The notes beneath the pieces are model-generated. The model searched no databases. It had not been told where the DNA came from and was given only the letters and a program-made list of their open reading frames with translations. The position numbers and the translations under genes are program-made. Positions 10,401-22,900 of a stretch of DNA of 64,000 nucleotides are shown piece after piece; the first letter of the stretch is position 1; the number at the start of each line of letters is the position of its first letter. This DNA is from an uncultured Gemmataceae bacterium (GTDB lineage Bacteria > Planctomycetota > Planctomycetia > Gemmatales > Gemmataceae), in assembly GCA_963750165.1 (NCBI GenBank), contig CAVVPN010000004.1:384001-448000 (forward strand), written 5' to 3'.

Positions 10401-10653
10401 CAACGCCGACGCCACCGACGCCGCGGTTCGCCTTGAACAGATCGACCGCCATCGACAGCAGGGCGGCGGCCAGCAGAATCTTGATGATCGGCTCGTCGAA
10501 TTTCTCGATGAACTTCAGCCACAGCGGCTCGCGCGGCAGCGGCGTCAGCGTGTTGCGGCCGAACTGCTGGGCGCTATGGGCGACGGCGTCGCCGCTCAGG
10601 CCCCTCTCGACGGACGTGGGGAGCTGCTTCTGTACGTCAACCAGTGTGCGCAT
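7495..10653 (-). CDS. Calcium-translocating P-type ATPase (PMCA/P2B-like)
   Basis: TGES, VAVPEGLP, CSDKTGTLT phosphorylation site, KGAPE, MITGDN, GDGTNDAPAL, QFQLTINV, QLLWINVIMDT. Confidence 0.95.
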   Translation of the reverse strand: MRTLVDVQKQLPTSVERGLSGDAVAHSAQQFGRNTLTPLPREPLWLKFIEKFDEPIIKILLAAALLSMAVDLFKANRGVGGVGVGLVLVAVIAAYVLRQARWIPTILFGGAIVLFILGLTTGHVLVEGLAVMVAVILATGVAFASEYKSDREFEVLNAKKDALRSKVIRDGDVQTVPLDGVVVGDTVLLETGDEIPADGRLLKATELFVDQSLMTGESEPVRKQPRPADDTADGPEQPGCLYRGTQVVDGVGLMMVAEVGDATYLGQIARRLSTDEDEEAEAPEGAAPASSQEKRVKHKLTISKELTPLQLKLTNLADLISKVGYLAAVLIFLAQLVRGIMVGEIFWPGSQPGDVAEQALRVFGELLGYFVTMVIIIVVAVPEGLPMSVTVSLALAMQKMTRANSLVRQLVACETIGSATVICSDKTGTLTQNKMQVDRLCIDGQTFDRGTPAWVQPDPHAPWPRDGQPIDWLALIGAVNSTANLEEKEGKTVTVGNSTEGALLQWLRAAGTEYGKLRLQFEPLYQIHFSSERKRMTTVVRYGGRLVVLVKGAPEWVLEQCASIQGLNGETRSLTVADRARVQEQLRDSAAQAMRTLGFGYAILPAETAATEDALHAIREALEHNLVFVGFVAIRDPLREDVKDAVEQCRRAGIEVKMITGDNVETARAIGYEIGLVPARDAAINTADATILTSDAFNQLTDEQLKQRLPHLRIVARARPLDKFRMVKLLQELGEVVAVTGDGTNDAPALKKADVGLAMGIAGTEVSKEASKIVLLDDSFATIVKAVQWGRSLYENIQRFIQFQLTINVSALTITFLGILLFQVKAPFTVLQLLWINVIMDTFASIALCSEPPRPDVMHYPPKKRDENILTPGMLRTIGVTAAFFVVVMLALLLGMKGSPDSPGWFAHRDDAWSVEAEGTRRAAPASELKAEGGHWFWAHDDSRQEVEVAYTVLQVSIFFSIYVFFQVWNQINSRSLTADMSGFSGLLGNPTFLIIASAVAVGQVLIVTFGGDVFKVQPLSVVQWILIAAGTASVLVFAEVARRVRVALRKT

Positions 10654-10985
10654 GATTTGCTTCCTTCGCCGCTGGCGTCCCTTGTGGTATGCTGAAAGGG
10701 GGAGTGCCAGGGAGGGCTTTCATCTCGTTTCATCTCACAGACCCCCTGGTCCGAATGGGGGCTCGCGGATTCCCTTGGGTATAGTGTCGCAAATCGACAC
10801 TGCACGGCAATGCAGGGCATTGGGTGCAGTCTGAAAGGAATTCGAGCCTGAAAGGGAAATCTTGAAGGGGGGCGCGGCTATCCCTTGCCCAGCACGGCGT
10901 CAACCACCCAGCAAGCGCGTGCGTGCCGGGCTGGCGGCAGTGATCGAGCAGGGCGGCGTCGGTGCAGCAGGAGACGGCGTCGGGA

Positions 10986-13900
10986 TCACCCACCCACCAG
11001 CTTCAGATACTCCGGCGACCCCACCAGCGCGGCGATGACGATCTCATCCCGCCCACCGCCTTGCAGATACTTCACGTTGCCGTTCAACCCGTTGGTGTCC
11101 GCGGCGCGGCGCAGGAAAGTCTGGTAGAAGCCCATCACCAGATCGGTGTCGTACTCGGCGCTGGACAGGATGGCGGTGGCGATCTGGCTGGTGGGCACGT
11201 GCAGCGAGAGCACCTGATCCCAGTAGGCCTCCGACGGCGCATCGACCGGCCGGCCCAGTGCGTCCTCGTACAGCGCCTTCACGAAGCCGTCGTTGCTGCC
11301 GCCGCCGTGGCCGTTGAAGTATTCCGGCGAGCCGATCAGGTAGGCCGCCACCTGCTCCAGGGTGCCGCCGCCACGCAGGAACGACACGAAGCCGCTCAAC
11401 CCCATCGGGTCCGCCGGCCGCGACAGGTACTGCTCGTACAGCTGATTGACCTTCAGCATGCGATACTCGTCGCTGTTCATCAGCGCCTGGGCCACCTGCG
11501 TGCGCGTCATCAGGCCGGCGTCGAGCTGACTCGACCAGCCCGCCAGGCCGTTCGGGTCCGCGGGCCGCTGCAGCAGGTCCAGGTACGCCTGCTCCACGAA
11601 CGCCTGCGTGACCGTGGTCACCGTCTCGCTGACGACGCCGCTGTTGGTGCTCTTGAAGTGGTTGTCACCGGTGTAGGACGCGAACAGCGTGTGGGTCCCC
11701 TGGCTCAGGCCCGTCAGCGTGCCCGTGGCCACGCCGTTGTTCAGCCCGACCTGCATCATCGCCGTGCCGTCCACGTAGACCGTCACCATGCCCGTTGCCG
11801 TGCCGGCCCCCGGCGCCACCGGCACCACCACCACCGTGAACGGCAGCGCCGCGCCCACGGCGACCGACTGGACGGACAGTTGCAACGCCTCCTTCGTGCT
11901 GGCCGCGTTCACGATCAGCACCGTCGATCTGGAGCCGCCGTTGAACTGGCCGTCGCCGCTGTAAGTGGCCGTGATCTGACGGGCGCCCACGGCCAGGGTC
12001 TTGGTCGTGAATGTCGCCTGGCCCTGGCCGTTGACCGGCACCGCGACCTGCGCCACGCCGTCCACGGCGAAGGTGACCGTGCCGGTCGGCCCGGTTCCGG
12101 ACGCCGGCGTCACCGTGGCCATGAACGTGGCCGGTTGGCCCCAGACCGTCGAGGTGGTCGGCGGCGTGAGCGTCACTGTGGTGCTGGCCCTGGTGACCGT
12201 CTGGCCGCCAGGCAGCGCGCTGCTGCCGGCCGCGAACGATCCGTTGCCGGCGTAGCTCACCTGGACGCCGTGCGCCGTGGCGCTCACGCCCAGGCTGGCA
12301 GTCTGATACACCGCCTGGCCGCTGGCATTCAGGGCGACGCCGCTGGCCACGGTCGTGCCGTCGATGACGAAGTTCACGGCCCCGCCTGGCACCACCACGC
12401 CCGGCGCGGACACCGTGGCCGTGAACGTCACCGGCTGGCCGTACGCCGACGGGGTGAGGCTGGACGTGACCGCCACCGACGGGGTGGCCACGAAGACAGT
12501 CTGGTTGATGGTGTTGGACGTGCTGCCGTTGAAGTTGACGCTGCTGCCGCCGTTGAACGCCGCCGTGATCGAGTACGTGCCCGGTTGCGGCACCAGTGTC
12601 GCCTGACCGTTGGTCAAGGCCACGGTGGTGGTCCCGACCGAGGATCCGGAGCCGGTGATCGTGAAGGTCACGGTGCCGTCCGGCACACCGGCGGTGCCCG
12701 ATGGCGCCGGCGCCACCGTGGCGGTGAGGACCGCCACGCCATACGACGCGGAGGCGTTGCTGGTGGTCAGCGTCGTTGTGCTGTTGGCCTTGTTGACAGT
12801 CTGCGACACACCGGCCGAGGTGCTGGCGGTGTAGTCGGTGTCGCCGGCCCAGGTGGCGGTGATGGTGTGACCGCCGGCGTTCAATTGCGTGCTCGAAGTG
12901 GTGACGAAGATGGCGTTGCCGCTGGCGTTGACAGCGGCGGTGCCCAGCGGCGTGCTGCCGTCCTTGAACGTCACCAGGCTGCCGACCGTCGGCGTGTAGC
13001 CAGCCACCGAGCCGGTCACGTGGGCCATGAGGGTGACCGTCTGCTGGCCGTAGCTGGACGGGTTGGGCGTGTTGGCCGTGATGGCCGTCGTGGACGACGC
13101 CTGGGTCACCGTCTGGCTGAAGCCTGGCGAGGTGGCCTGTACGTAATTGGTGTCGCCGGCCCAGGTGGCGGTGATGGTGCGCACGCTGCCGAGCAGCTGG
13201 GTGCCGCTGGTCATGTAGGTGGCATTGCCGCTGCCGTCGAGCAGGCCGGTGCCCAGCGTCGTGCTGCCGTCCTTGAACGTGACCACCGTTCCGGATGTCG
13301 GCGCGAAGCCGTTTACCGTGCCGGTCACGTGCGCGGTGAAGGTCACCGCCTGGCCCAGCGTGGACGGGTTGGGGTTCGACACGATAATGGCCACCGTCGG
13401 CGTGGCCTGGCCAACTGAGAAGGCGAAGTTGCTCGACGTGCTGCCGCTGAAGTTCGTCTCGTTCATCGCCGGGGTGTAGACGGCGATGAGCGTGTGCGGC
13501 CCAACCGTTAACTGACTGCCGGACTCGGCGTAGCTGGCGGTGGCGGTGCCGCTGACGTTCGCCAGGGTGCCGCTGCCCAGCAGGTGGGCCATATCAACGA
13601 CGCCGTTGTAGAAGCTGACCGTGCCCGTCGGCTCGACGGTGCCGACCGTCGGCGTCACGGTGGCGGTGAACGTCACTGGCTGGCCGAGGGTCTGCGAACT
13701 GGGAGTCGCGGCGGTGAAGGCCGTCACGGTCGTGTGCCGGCTGACCGTGAAGGGGAAGCTGGTGGTGGTCTGGCTGCCGCTGTAGTTGATCTCCGTGGCG
13801 GCGGCCGTGTAGACGGCGACGACGTTGTGGTTGCCGCCGGCCAGCTGGGTGGACATGGTCACGAAGGTGGCGGTGGCGGTGCCGAGCAGGTTTACCAGGG

Positions 13901-16900
13901 TGCCGGTGCCGAGCAGGTTCGCCGCTGACACCGAGCCCTCGTAGAAGCTGACCGTGCCCGTCGGCTCGGTCGTGCCGAAGGTCGGCGTCACCGTGGCGCT
14001 GAGCGTGACCGCCTGGCCGAAGACCGGCGACGCCGGGCTCTCGCCGGTCACGGTCGTCGTGGTCGCGGCCTTGCTGATCGTGAAGGCGCTGCCGGTGGTG
14101 GTTCGGCTGGCGCTGAAGTTGGGGTCGGTCAACGGGGCGTAGGCGGCGAGGATGGTGTGGGCGCCGCCAGTGAGTTGGCCGGCCGTGATGGTGTAGCTGG
14201 CGGTCGCGGTGCCGCCAACGTTCGCCAGGTTGCCGCCGCCCAGGTAGTGGACGGGGTCGATCACGCCGTTGTAGAAGTTGACCGTGCCCGTCGGCTCGGT
14301 CATGCCAACGGTGGGCGTGACCGTGGCCGTGACCGTCACTGGCGTGCCGAAGGCCGCAGAGCTGCCGGGGCTGGGGGTGGTGATGGTCGTCGTGGTCGTT
14401 TGTGTGGTGATGGTGTAGCTGACAGCGGCCGATGTGCTGCCGACGAAGAACGGATCAACGCCCGTCTGGTCGTAGACGGCGGTGATGCTGTGCATGCCGC
14501 CGGTTAGCTGATCGACCGCGGTGGTGAAGGTGGCCACGCCGCTGCTGTTGGGCGTGGCGGTGCCCAGGATGGTGCTGCCGTCCAGGAACGTGACGATGCC
14601 GGTGTAGGCCGGCGTGATGCCCGTCTCGGTGGTCACCGTGGCCGTGAGGGTCACCGCTGTGCCGAAGACGGAGGGGCTGGCCGGACTCACCTGCGAGATG
14701 ACCGTGGTGGTGTTGGCCCTGATGCGCTGCAGCACGAGTTGCGGCGGCGTGGCCATGCTGTTGACCGTGGCGCTGAATTTCATGCCGCCGGTGATGAAGT
14801 TGTTCGGCTGGCCGCTCAGGGCGTTGCCGAAGCCGTTCGTGAAGCCGCCCGTGGCCGTCATGATGACGAACGGCGTGCCGATGGCCGGCGTGAAGCCGTT
14901 CACCGTCGTCACGGCCAGGTTGGCGTTGCCCAGGTTCACGGCACCGGTGACGTTGTCCTGGTTGTAATTGCTCAGGGTGTTGCCCGGCGTGGTGCCGCCG
15001 AGCAGTACCTGATAGGTGGTGGCGTTGTTCAGGGTCGCGTCGCCGGTGGCAGTCAGGATGCCCGGCGCGTACACCCCAGTGGCCGTGGTGCCGGGCTCCA
15101 GCGTACCGCCGCCGGCCGCCGCCGTCACGGCCCCAACCGTGCCGGTGCCGCCCAGTGTGCCGCCCGCCAGCGCTACCGCGCCGATCTGGCCGGTCGGCCC
15201 GTCCACGAACAGCTTGCCGGCCTGCACTGTCGTCGTGCCGGGATAGGTTTCGGTGTTGGTCAGTTCCAGGCTGCCGGCGCCCGCCTTGGTCAGGCCCGCG
15301 GTGCCAGTGCCGGTGATCGGCGTCGAAACGACCAGGTCGAGGTTGGCCGGGCCGGTGGTGACCGTGAACGTGGGCGTGGCGTTGCCCAGCGCCAGCGTGC
15401 CGAGGCCGTTGACGGTCGCGCTGCCGAGAGCGTCCGAGGTGGCGGTCACGTTGCCGGCCAGCGTCACACTGCTGCCCGCCTGGCTGGCGGCGACGGTGCC
15501 GCCGGTCATGTTCAGGCTGGCAACCGTCAGCTGGCCCTCCTGTGACCCGTGAACGCCGGCCCCGGTCGTGACCAGGCCGTCGTTGACCGTCAGGGCGCCG
15601 ACCGTCTCGGTCTGGTCGTTCAGGTCGAAGGTGCCGTTGCTGTTTACCGTGACCGCGGACGTGTCGGCGATCTGGTCGCCGGCCAGCAACTGCGCAAAGG
15701 CGGTGCTGAGCAGCTGGCCGTTGCCGACGGCGAGGTCGCCGGCGAGGGCGTTCACGCCGTCGGTCTTGTCGAGTTGCAGGATGCCCTGGTTGACCTGGGT
15801 CAGACCGGTGTAGGTGTTGGCCGCCGTGCCAGTCATGACCACGATGCCGGGGCCGACCAGGGTCAGGCCCTGGCTGCCGCCGCCGCTCTGGCCGATGGCC
15901 CCGCTCAGGGTCAGCGTGTCGGCTGCCCCGTCCACGCCGACGGCGCTGTTCGCCGCCAGGGTGATTGGGCCGGCCCAGGTGTCGGTGAAGCCGCTCACGT
16001 TTTCCAGCGCCCCGGCGTTGTTGAAGCCGGGACCGCTCAACTGCAGCGCCTCGACCGGCACGGTGATGTTGCCCTGCACCTGGAGCGTGGCGCCCCTGGC
16101 CACAACGGTGCCGCCCTGGCCGCCGGCGGTCGTCTCCGTCACGACGATACTGGTGCCGCCGCCGATGGCCGTGCCGATCAGCAGCGACTGGTTGAGCATG
16201 GCCAGACCGGGTCCGCTGAAGCTGACCGAGTAGACGCCGCCCGCCTGCGTCACGGTCACGCCGCCCGCGCCGATGGTGGACAGCCCGTCCAGGGCCGTCT
16301 GCACCTGCGCCATCGAGGCGCCAACCGGCAGCGCGGCGGTCGTCTGGCCGTTGAAGCCCAGCGTGAACGAGCCGCTGGTGCCGGTGACGGTGATCGTCTG
16401 CAACTCCGTCGTGTTCAGGCCCAGGGCCTGGGCGTTGGCGACGTTCACGACCCCCTGGTTGACGAGGGTGACGCCGGTGTAGGTGTTGGCGGCCGTCAAC
16501 GCCAGCGTGCCGGTGCCGAGCTTGGTCAGGGTGGACGCCGGCGCCGGCAGCGGCGCCGGATCCTGGAGGATGCCGCTGATCGTTAGCTGGGCGTTCGAGT
16601 TGACGCCGATGGCGGTGTTGGTTTGCAGGGTGATCGGGCTGGCCCAGGTGTTGTTGCCACTGACGTTGACCAGGGCGCCCGCGCTGGCCGGGGTGGGGCC
16701 GCTGCCGTTGAGCACCAGGTTCTCGCCGGTCACCGTGCCGGACGCGCCGACGCCGAGCGGATCGAAGTCGAGTTCCAGCGCCGCGCCGCTGCTCACCAGG
16801 GTGCCGATGCCGCCGTCCGCCACGGTGCTGACGGCAGCGCTCAGGCCGCCGTTGCCCTGAACGGTCAGCAGCGGTTGCGCGCCGGTCAGCGTGCCGGTGA

Positions 16901-19900
16901 AGGTCACGGTGAAGATGCGATCCACATTGGCCGGCGTCGTCGTCGGTGTGGCCAGCGTCACGGTCACGTTGCCGACGCCAATGGTGGACAGGTTCGCCAG
17001 CGCTGTCTGCACCTGGACGGCGGTGGCGTTGAAGGCCAGCGGCGCGGTGCTCTGGCCGTTGAAGCTCAGCGTAAACATGCCGGTCGGTGTGCCGCCGATG
17101 GTGACGCGCTGGATCGCGGCAGTGTTGGTGTTGCCCAGGGCGCCCGGGTCCTGGATGCGGAGGGTGCCGGCGCTGACGTAGGTGGTGCCGCCATAGGTGC
17201 CAGTCTGGGTCAGCACCAACCGGCCCGCCCCGACCTTGCTCAAACCAGTGGTGACGCCCTGGCCGATGGCGCCGCCAATGGTGAGGGTGTCGGTCGCGTT
17301 GGTGACGTCGATGGCCACGACGCCGACCGGCAGCGACGCCGGTGAAAAGGCCGGCAGACTGTCGAGGGTGATCGGCCCGGCCCAGGTGTTGTTGCCGCCG
17401 GTGTCGAGCAGGGCGCCGGTGCCGAAGACGCCGGTGCCGGTCAGCGTCAGCATCTTGCCGGTGACGACGACCGGCTGGCCGGCGAGCGGGCCAAGGCTCG
17501 GTGTTTGCAGTTGCAGCTGGGCGCTGTCGAGCACCTGGACGCCGTTGGTGGCGCCGCCCAGGGCCTGCGCGTTCTGCACCTGCAAGACCCCCTGGTTGAC
17601 ATACGTGGTGCCGCCGTAGGGGTTGGCGGCGGACAGGACCAGCAGGCCGCCCATTTCCTTGGTCAGGTTGTAGTTCGCGCTGTTGTCGGTGATGGTGCCG
17701 GTGCCCAGCAAGGTGGGCGCGGGACCAATGGTCAGCGAACTGCCGGAGTCCACGCCGATGGTGGAATTGGTGTTCAGCGTCAGCGCGCCGGTGTAGTAAT
17801 TGGTGCCGCTGACGTTGTGCAGGGCGCCGGTGTTGTGGCCGTTGCTGGCGAAGCCGTTGCCGTTGAGCGTGATCGGCTCCGATTGCAGGCTGGACTCCAG
17901 CACCAGGGCGGCGCCCGAATCCACGACGGTGTTGCCGGTGGCGGTGGCGGCGCCCAGGGCCTGCGGATTCTGCACCACCAGCTGGCCCTGCTGCACCTCG
18001 GTGACGCCGCCGTAGGTGTTGGCCGCGCCCAGGATGACATCGCCCTGGCCGATCTTGACCAGGCGCGGGTCGCTGCCCGGCGTCAGATCGGTGATGCTGC
18101 CGATCAGGTTCAGCTGGGCCACCGAGAGGCCGTTGGGCAGCGCCTGGTTGCCGTTGGCGTTGATGGTGACGGTGTTGTTGACCGGGTCGCCGGCCAGCAT
18201 GATCGGCCCGGCCCAGACGGACGAACCGCTGACGGCGCTCAGGGCGCCGGAGTTGGGCTGCAGGTTGTCGAGGGTGAACTGGTACAGGCTCCGGCCGTGG
18301 GTGGCGGCCGTCAGGACGTTGAGGGCCTGGTTCAATTCCAGGTCGGTCACCTGGACGTTCGGCAGCCCCAGGCCGAAGCGCGACCAGACGTTGCCGTTGT
18401 TGGTGGACAGGTACACGCCGTTGTCGGTGCCCAGGTACACGTAGCCGTTGCGCGGGTCGATGAGGAGCTTGTTGACTGGCACGCTCGGCAGGTTGCCGGT
18501 CACGTTGATCCAGGTCTGGCCGGCGTCGGTGGACCGGAACACCTCCTGGCCGCCGAAAACGTTGCGCGTGACATACACAGTGTCGCGGTTGCGCGGATCG
18601 ACTTCAATGTCGCTGATCGAGCCGCCCAGGGTGGTGCCGCGCGTGACCCAGGTCTGGCCGTGGTCCTTGGTCACGTACACCTTGGTGCCGTCGGTGGCGT
18701 AGATGGTGTCGGGGTTGTACAGGTTGGCGCCCTGGTCGGTGATCAGCGGGAAGCCCGGGTCGGCCACGAACGTCCCCTGATATTCGGCCAGGGACAGGGC
18801 CGTGACGTTGGCCACCAGGTGCAGGTTGACGAAACTGGCGCCGCCGGTGGTCGATTCCAGGATGCCGCCGCCGATGCCCACGACGATGCGGTTGTCGTTG
18901 ATGGGGTCCACATGAACGGTGTTGACGGCGCCGGCGACGATGTTGGGGGTGAAACTGCCAGAGCCGCCGCCCGTTGTGGACTTGCCCATGCTGTTGTTGA
19001 TGATGTCGTAAACGTTGAGCGGGTTTTTCGGGTCCACGACGACACCGGTGCCGGTGCCCTTGTCCACCTCCGCCCACGTCTGGCTGCCGGTGTACTCATC
19101 AATGCCGTTGTTCTGGCTGGCGCCCCAGGCGGTGTTCAGGTTCGTCGGGCTGACCGCCGCCTGGTTGAACTGGGTGATGGCCAGTCCCGTGCCGTTCAGG
19201 TTGGTCCACAGCTTGGTGGCGGCGTTCAGCCTCCAGACGCCGCCGTCGTTGGCGTCGATGACGTTGCCGTTGGGGTCCACGACGAGGGCGTGCTCGTTGG
19301 TATGCGGGCCATTGCCGGCCGTGTCCACCGAGATGTCCGTCCAGGTCATGCCGCCGTCGGTGGTCTCCAGCACGTGGCCGGCGTGGGTGACCGCGCTGGT
19401 CTCCTCCCCGCCGACGATCACGGTGCTGGCGTTCACCGCGACGATGGCGTTGTCGTAGTTGCCCTGGGTGCCGAGGTAGTTCGACGGAGCCGTGGGCACC
19501 GCCATCCAGGTGGCGCCGCCGTCGGTGCTTGTCTGGATGTCCAGCAGGACGCCGCCGGTGGTCGCGCTGGCGGCGTAGAGGGTCCCCCCGGCCACCGCGA
19601 TCTTGATGGTGCCGGCGCCGCGGGCCGTGGGGAAACCGCCGACGATCCAGCTCGGGGTGTTTGAGGTGGGGTTGGCGCAGACGTAGACGGCGTTATCGCC
19701 GCTGTTGGGGCCGGAGGCGGAGCCCAGGGCGGCAAACAACATCCCGCCGCTCAGCGCCACGTCCGACCAGGTGGCGTTGGTCTGCGGGAACATCAGGGCG
19801 GCGTTGTCCGTGGGACCCGTCGTGGTCATGTTGAGCCAGGTGGTGCCGTTGAAGCGCCAGACGCCGACGCCGCCGGTGGTCGCGCTGCCCGGGGTGGCAT

Positions 19901-22900
19901 TGGTGGCCTGGTCGCCGCTGGCAACGTAGATCAGGTTCGGGTTGGCCGGATCGACGACGATCTTGCTGACGGCCTTGCCGTTGAGCGGGTTGGGCACGGG
20001 GCCGCCGGTCAGCAGTGTCCAGGTCTTGCCCGAGTCGGTCGATTTGTAGACGCCGACGCCGTAGTACGAGTCGGTGGAGTTGTCGGCCTCGCCGGTGCCC
20101 AGGTAGATGACGCGCGGATCGCTGGGGGCGACGGCGATGGCGCCGGCGAAGACGACGCCGGTGCTCTCCTGGTCGAAGAGCGGCACCCAGGACTTGCCGC
20201 CGTCCTCGGTCTTCCAGGCGCCGCCGTCGGCCGTCGAGATGTAGATGACGCTGGCGTCGGAGGGGTCCACGGCGACGCCGGTGACGCGGCCGGTGACCGC
20301 CTGGCTGTTGGGCGTCTGGCCGCCGGTGATCGGCGCCGGGCCGACGTTGAACCAGCGGTCGGCGTTGGTCTGCACGGCGGGGGCGCCGTTGCCCTGGATG
20401 ATGAGCGGCTCGGCGGCGACGGTGATGTTGCCAAGCAGCTGAATCTGGGCGCCGTTGGCGACGACGGTGCCGCCAGCGCCGTTGCGGGTGATCGCCACCG
20501 CGACGGTGCCGGGGCCGCCGGCGGTCGCGGTCAGCTGCGGCTGACTGAAGCCGGCCAGGGTGCCGCCGAAGGTGACGCTGAACACGCCCGGGTTGGGCTC
20601 GCTCACGGTCACGCTGCCGCCGGCGCCGCCGATGGTGCTCAGGCCGTTCAGCGCCATCTGCAGGGCGGCGGTGTCGGTGCCGGCGGTGCCAGTGATCGGC
20701 ACGGCGGCCGTGGTCTGGCCGTTGAAGGTCAGCGTCAGGGTGGTGCCCATGCCGGCCCCGGTGAGGGTGACGCTCTGCTGTTCCGCGATGGCGCCGCCGC
20801 CCAGGGCCTGGCCGTTCTGCAGCGTCAGGACGCCCTGGTTGACGTAGGTGGTGCCGCGGTAGGTGTTGGCGCCGGCCAGGTCGAGTTCGCCGCCGCCGGT
20901 GAGCGTCAGGTCCGAGCCGGAGGAGGAGGCGTTGCCCGTGTCGTCGATGATGCCGTTGACCGTCAGCCGGGCGCCCAGCGGAATGTTGAAGGTCATGGCG
21001 TTGTTGAGCGAGATCGGGCCGTGCCACAGGTGATCGTCGGAATTGATGGTCAGCGGCAGGTCGCCGAAGGTGGTGTTGCCGGTGCCGTTGAGCGTCAGGT
21101 GCTCGCCCCAGACCGACAGGCCGGCGGTGACGCCGGCGTTGAACAGCGGGTTGCCGGGGTACAGCTCCAGGGCGGCGCCGGCCTCGACGGTGGTGCCGGC
21201 AGTGGCCGCCCCCAGGCCGGTGTTGTTCTGCAACCGGATCACGCCTTGCTGGATGTCCACGGGGCCGGTGTAGGTGCCGGGGCCCTGGATGATGAGCCGT
21301 CGCGAGCCCAGCTTGGTGATGCCGCCGGGCGTGGCGGCCGAGAAGTCGGACATGAAGCCGGTCAGCGTGAGTTCGCTGGCATTCGACGGCCCCAGCAGTT
21401 CGACGCCGATGCCGACGACGCCGTTGAGCTGGATGGTGCCGCTGAAGGTGTTGACACCACCCAGGCTCATCAGAGCGCCGTCCTGGCTGATGAGGCTGAA
21501 CGGATGGGTGATGCCCAGGCCGGCCAGGATGAGGTTGTTGGTCAGGTTGATGCTGCCGCCGGCGGTCAACGGCTTGACGTGCAGGGCGGCGCCGTTGAAC
21601 ACGGTGGTGACGAACTGGGCGTCGTCACCCTTGCCGGCGATGCGCGGCCCCAGGGCGCCGGGATCCTGGATGGTGATCCAGCCCTGCTGGATGTTGGTCG
21701 GGGCGGTGTAGCTGTTGGCGTTGGGCAGAATCAGCTGGCCGGTGCCGACCTTGTCGAACGTGACGGTGCCGTTGATACCGCCGGTGACCGTCAGGCTGTA
21801 GTCATTGGTGAAGTAGCTGTTGCTGGGCGTGGGGTTGGGGTCGGGGTCCACGCCGATGGCGGTGGCGGCGCCGGTGAGGGTGATGGCGCCGGTGTAGGTG
21901 TTGATGCCGCTGACGCTGCGCAGGGCGCCGCCCATGCCGCCGAAGCCGAGGCCGCTGATGCTCAGGGTGTTGGCAACGCTCAGGGTGTTGGTGGTGCCGG
22001 TCACTGAGTCGGGGATGTTGTCCACTTCCAGTTGCAAGGCGGTGCCGGTGTTGACCGTGACGGTGCCGGTGCCCAGGGCCTGCGAATCGCGGATATCGAC
22101 GATGCCGGCCGTGACGGTGGTGCTGCCGCGGTAGGTGTTGACGGTGGGCAGGATCAACTCGCCGGTGTCCACCTTGTTCAGGCTGGTGGCGCCGTTGGGA
22201 TCGGAGATGACGCCGGAGATCGTCAGCTTGGTGCCGGCGGCGGCGCCGATATTGCTGCTGGTGACGCCGGCGGCGCTGGACAGGATGACGTTGCCCGCCC
22301 AGGTGTTGTTGCCGTTGACGTTCTCCAGCGAGGCGACGCTGAAGCCGGTGCCGTTGAGCGTGAGCAGTTCGTTGCTGACGGTGAAGCCGGCGCCGGTGGG
22401 GTCGCTGAGTTGCAGCGTGCCGGTTTCAAAGATGGTCTTGTTGACGACGGTGCCGCTCTGCGGCGTATTGGTGCCGGCGGCGCCGAGGGCGTTCGGATTG
22501 CTCACGGTCAGGATGCCGTTGTTGATCGTGGTCAGGCCGTGGTAGGTATTGGCGGCGCTGAGGATGAGCTGGCCGGTGCCCTCCTTGGTGAGGTTGGCCG
22601 TGGTGGTGTCGCCAATCGAGCCCTTGACGTTCAGGGAACCGGCGGTGATGCCCAGGATGGTGTTGCCGGCCAGGGTGATGGTGCCGGTCCAGGTGTTGGC
22701 GCCGGTGACGTTGAGCAGGGCGCCGTCGTTGGTGATACCGCTGCCGAGGAGGATGACGTTGGCGGGGATGGAGCCGGCGACATTGTTGACCTGAAGCTGG
22801 CCGCCCTGGTTGACAGTGACGGTGTTGGTGCCGCCGCCCAGGGCCTTGGGAGCGGTGATGGCCAGGGCGCCGCCGTTGTTATCGACCAGGAAGGGGCCGG

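Noticed and set aside
10783..10801. AGTGTCG-N5-CGACACT inverted repeat upstream of the ATPase
   Set aside because: Arms are only 7 bp and occur once. It could be an operator but cannot be supported.
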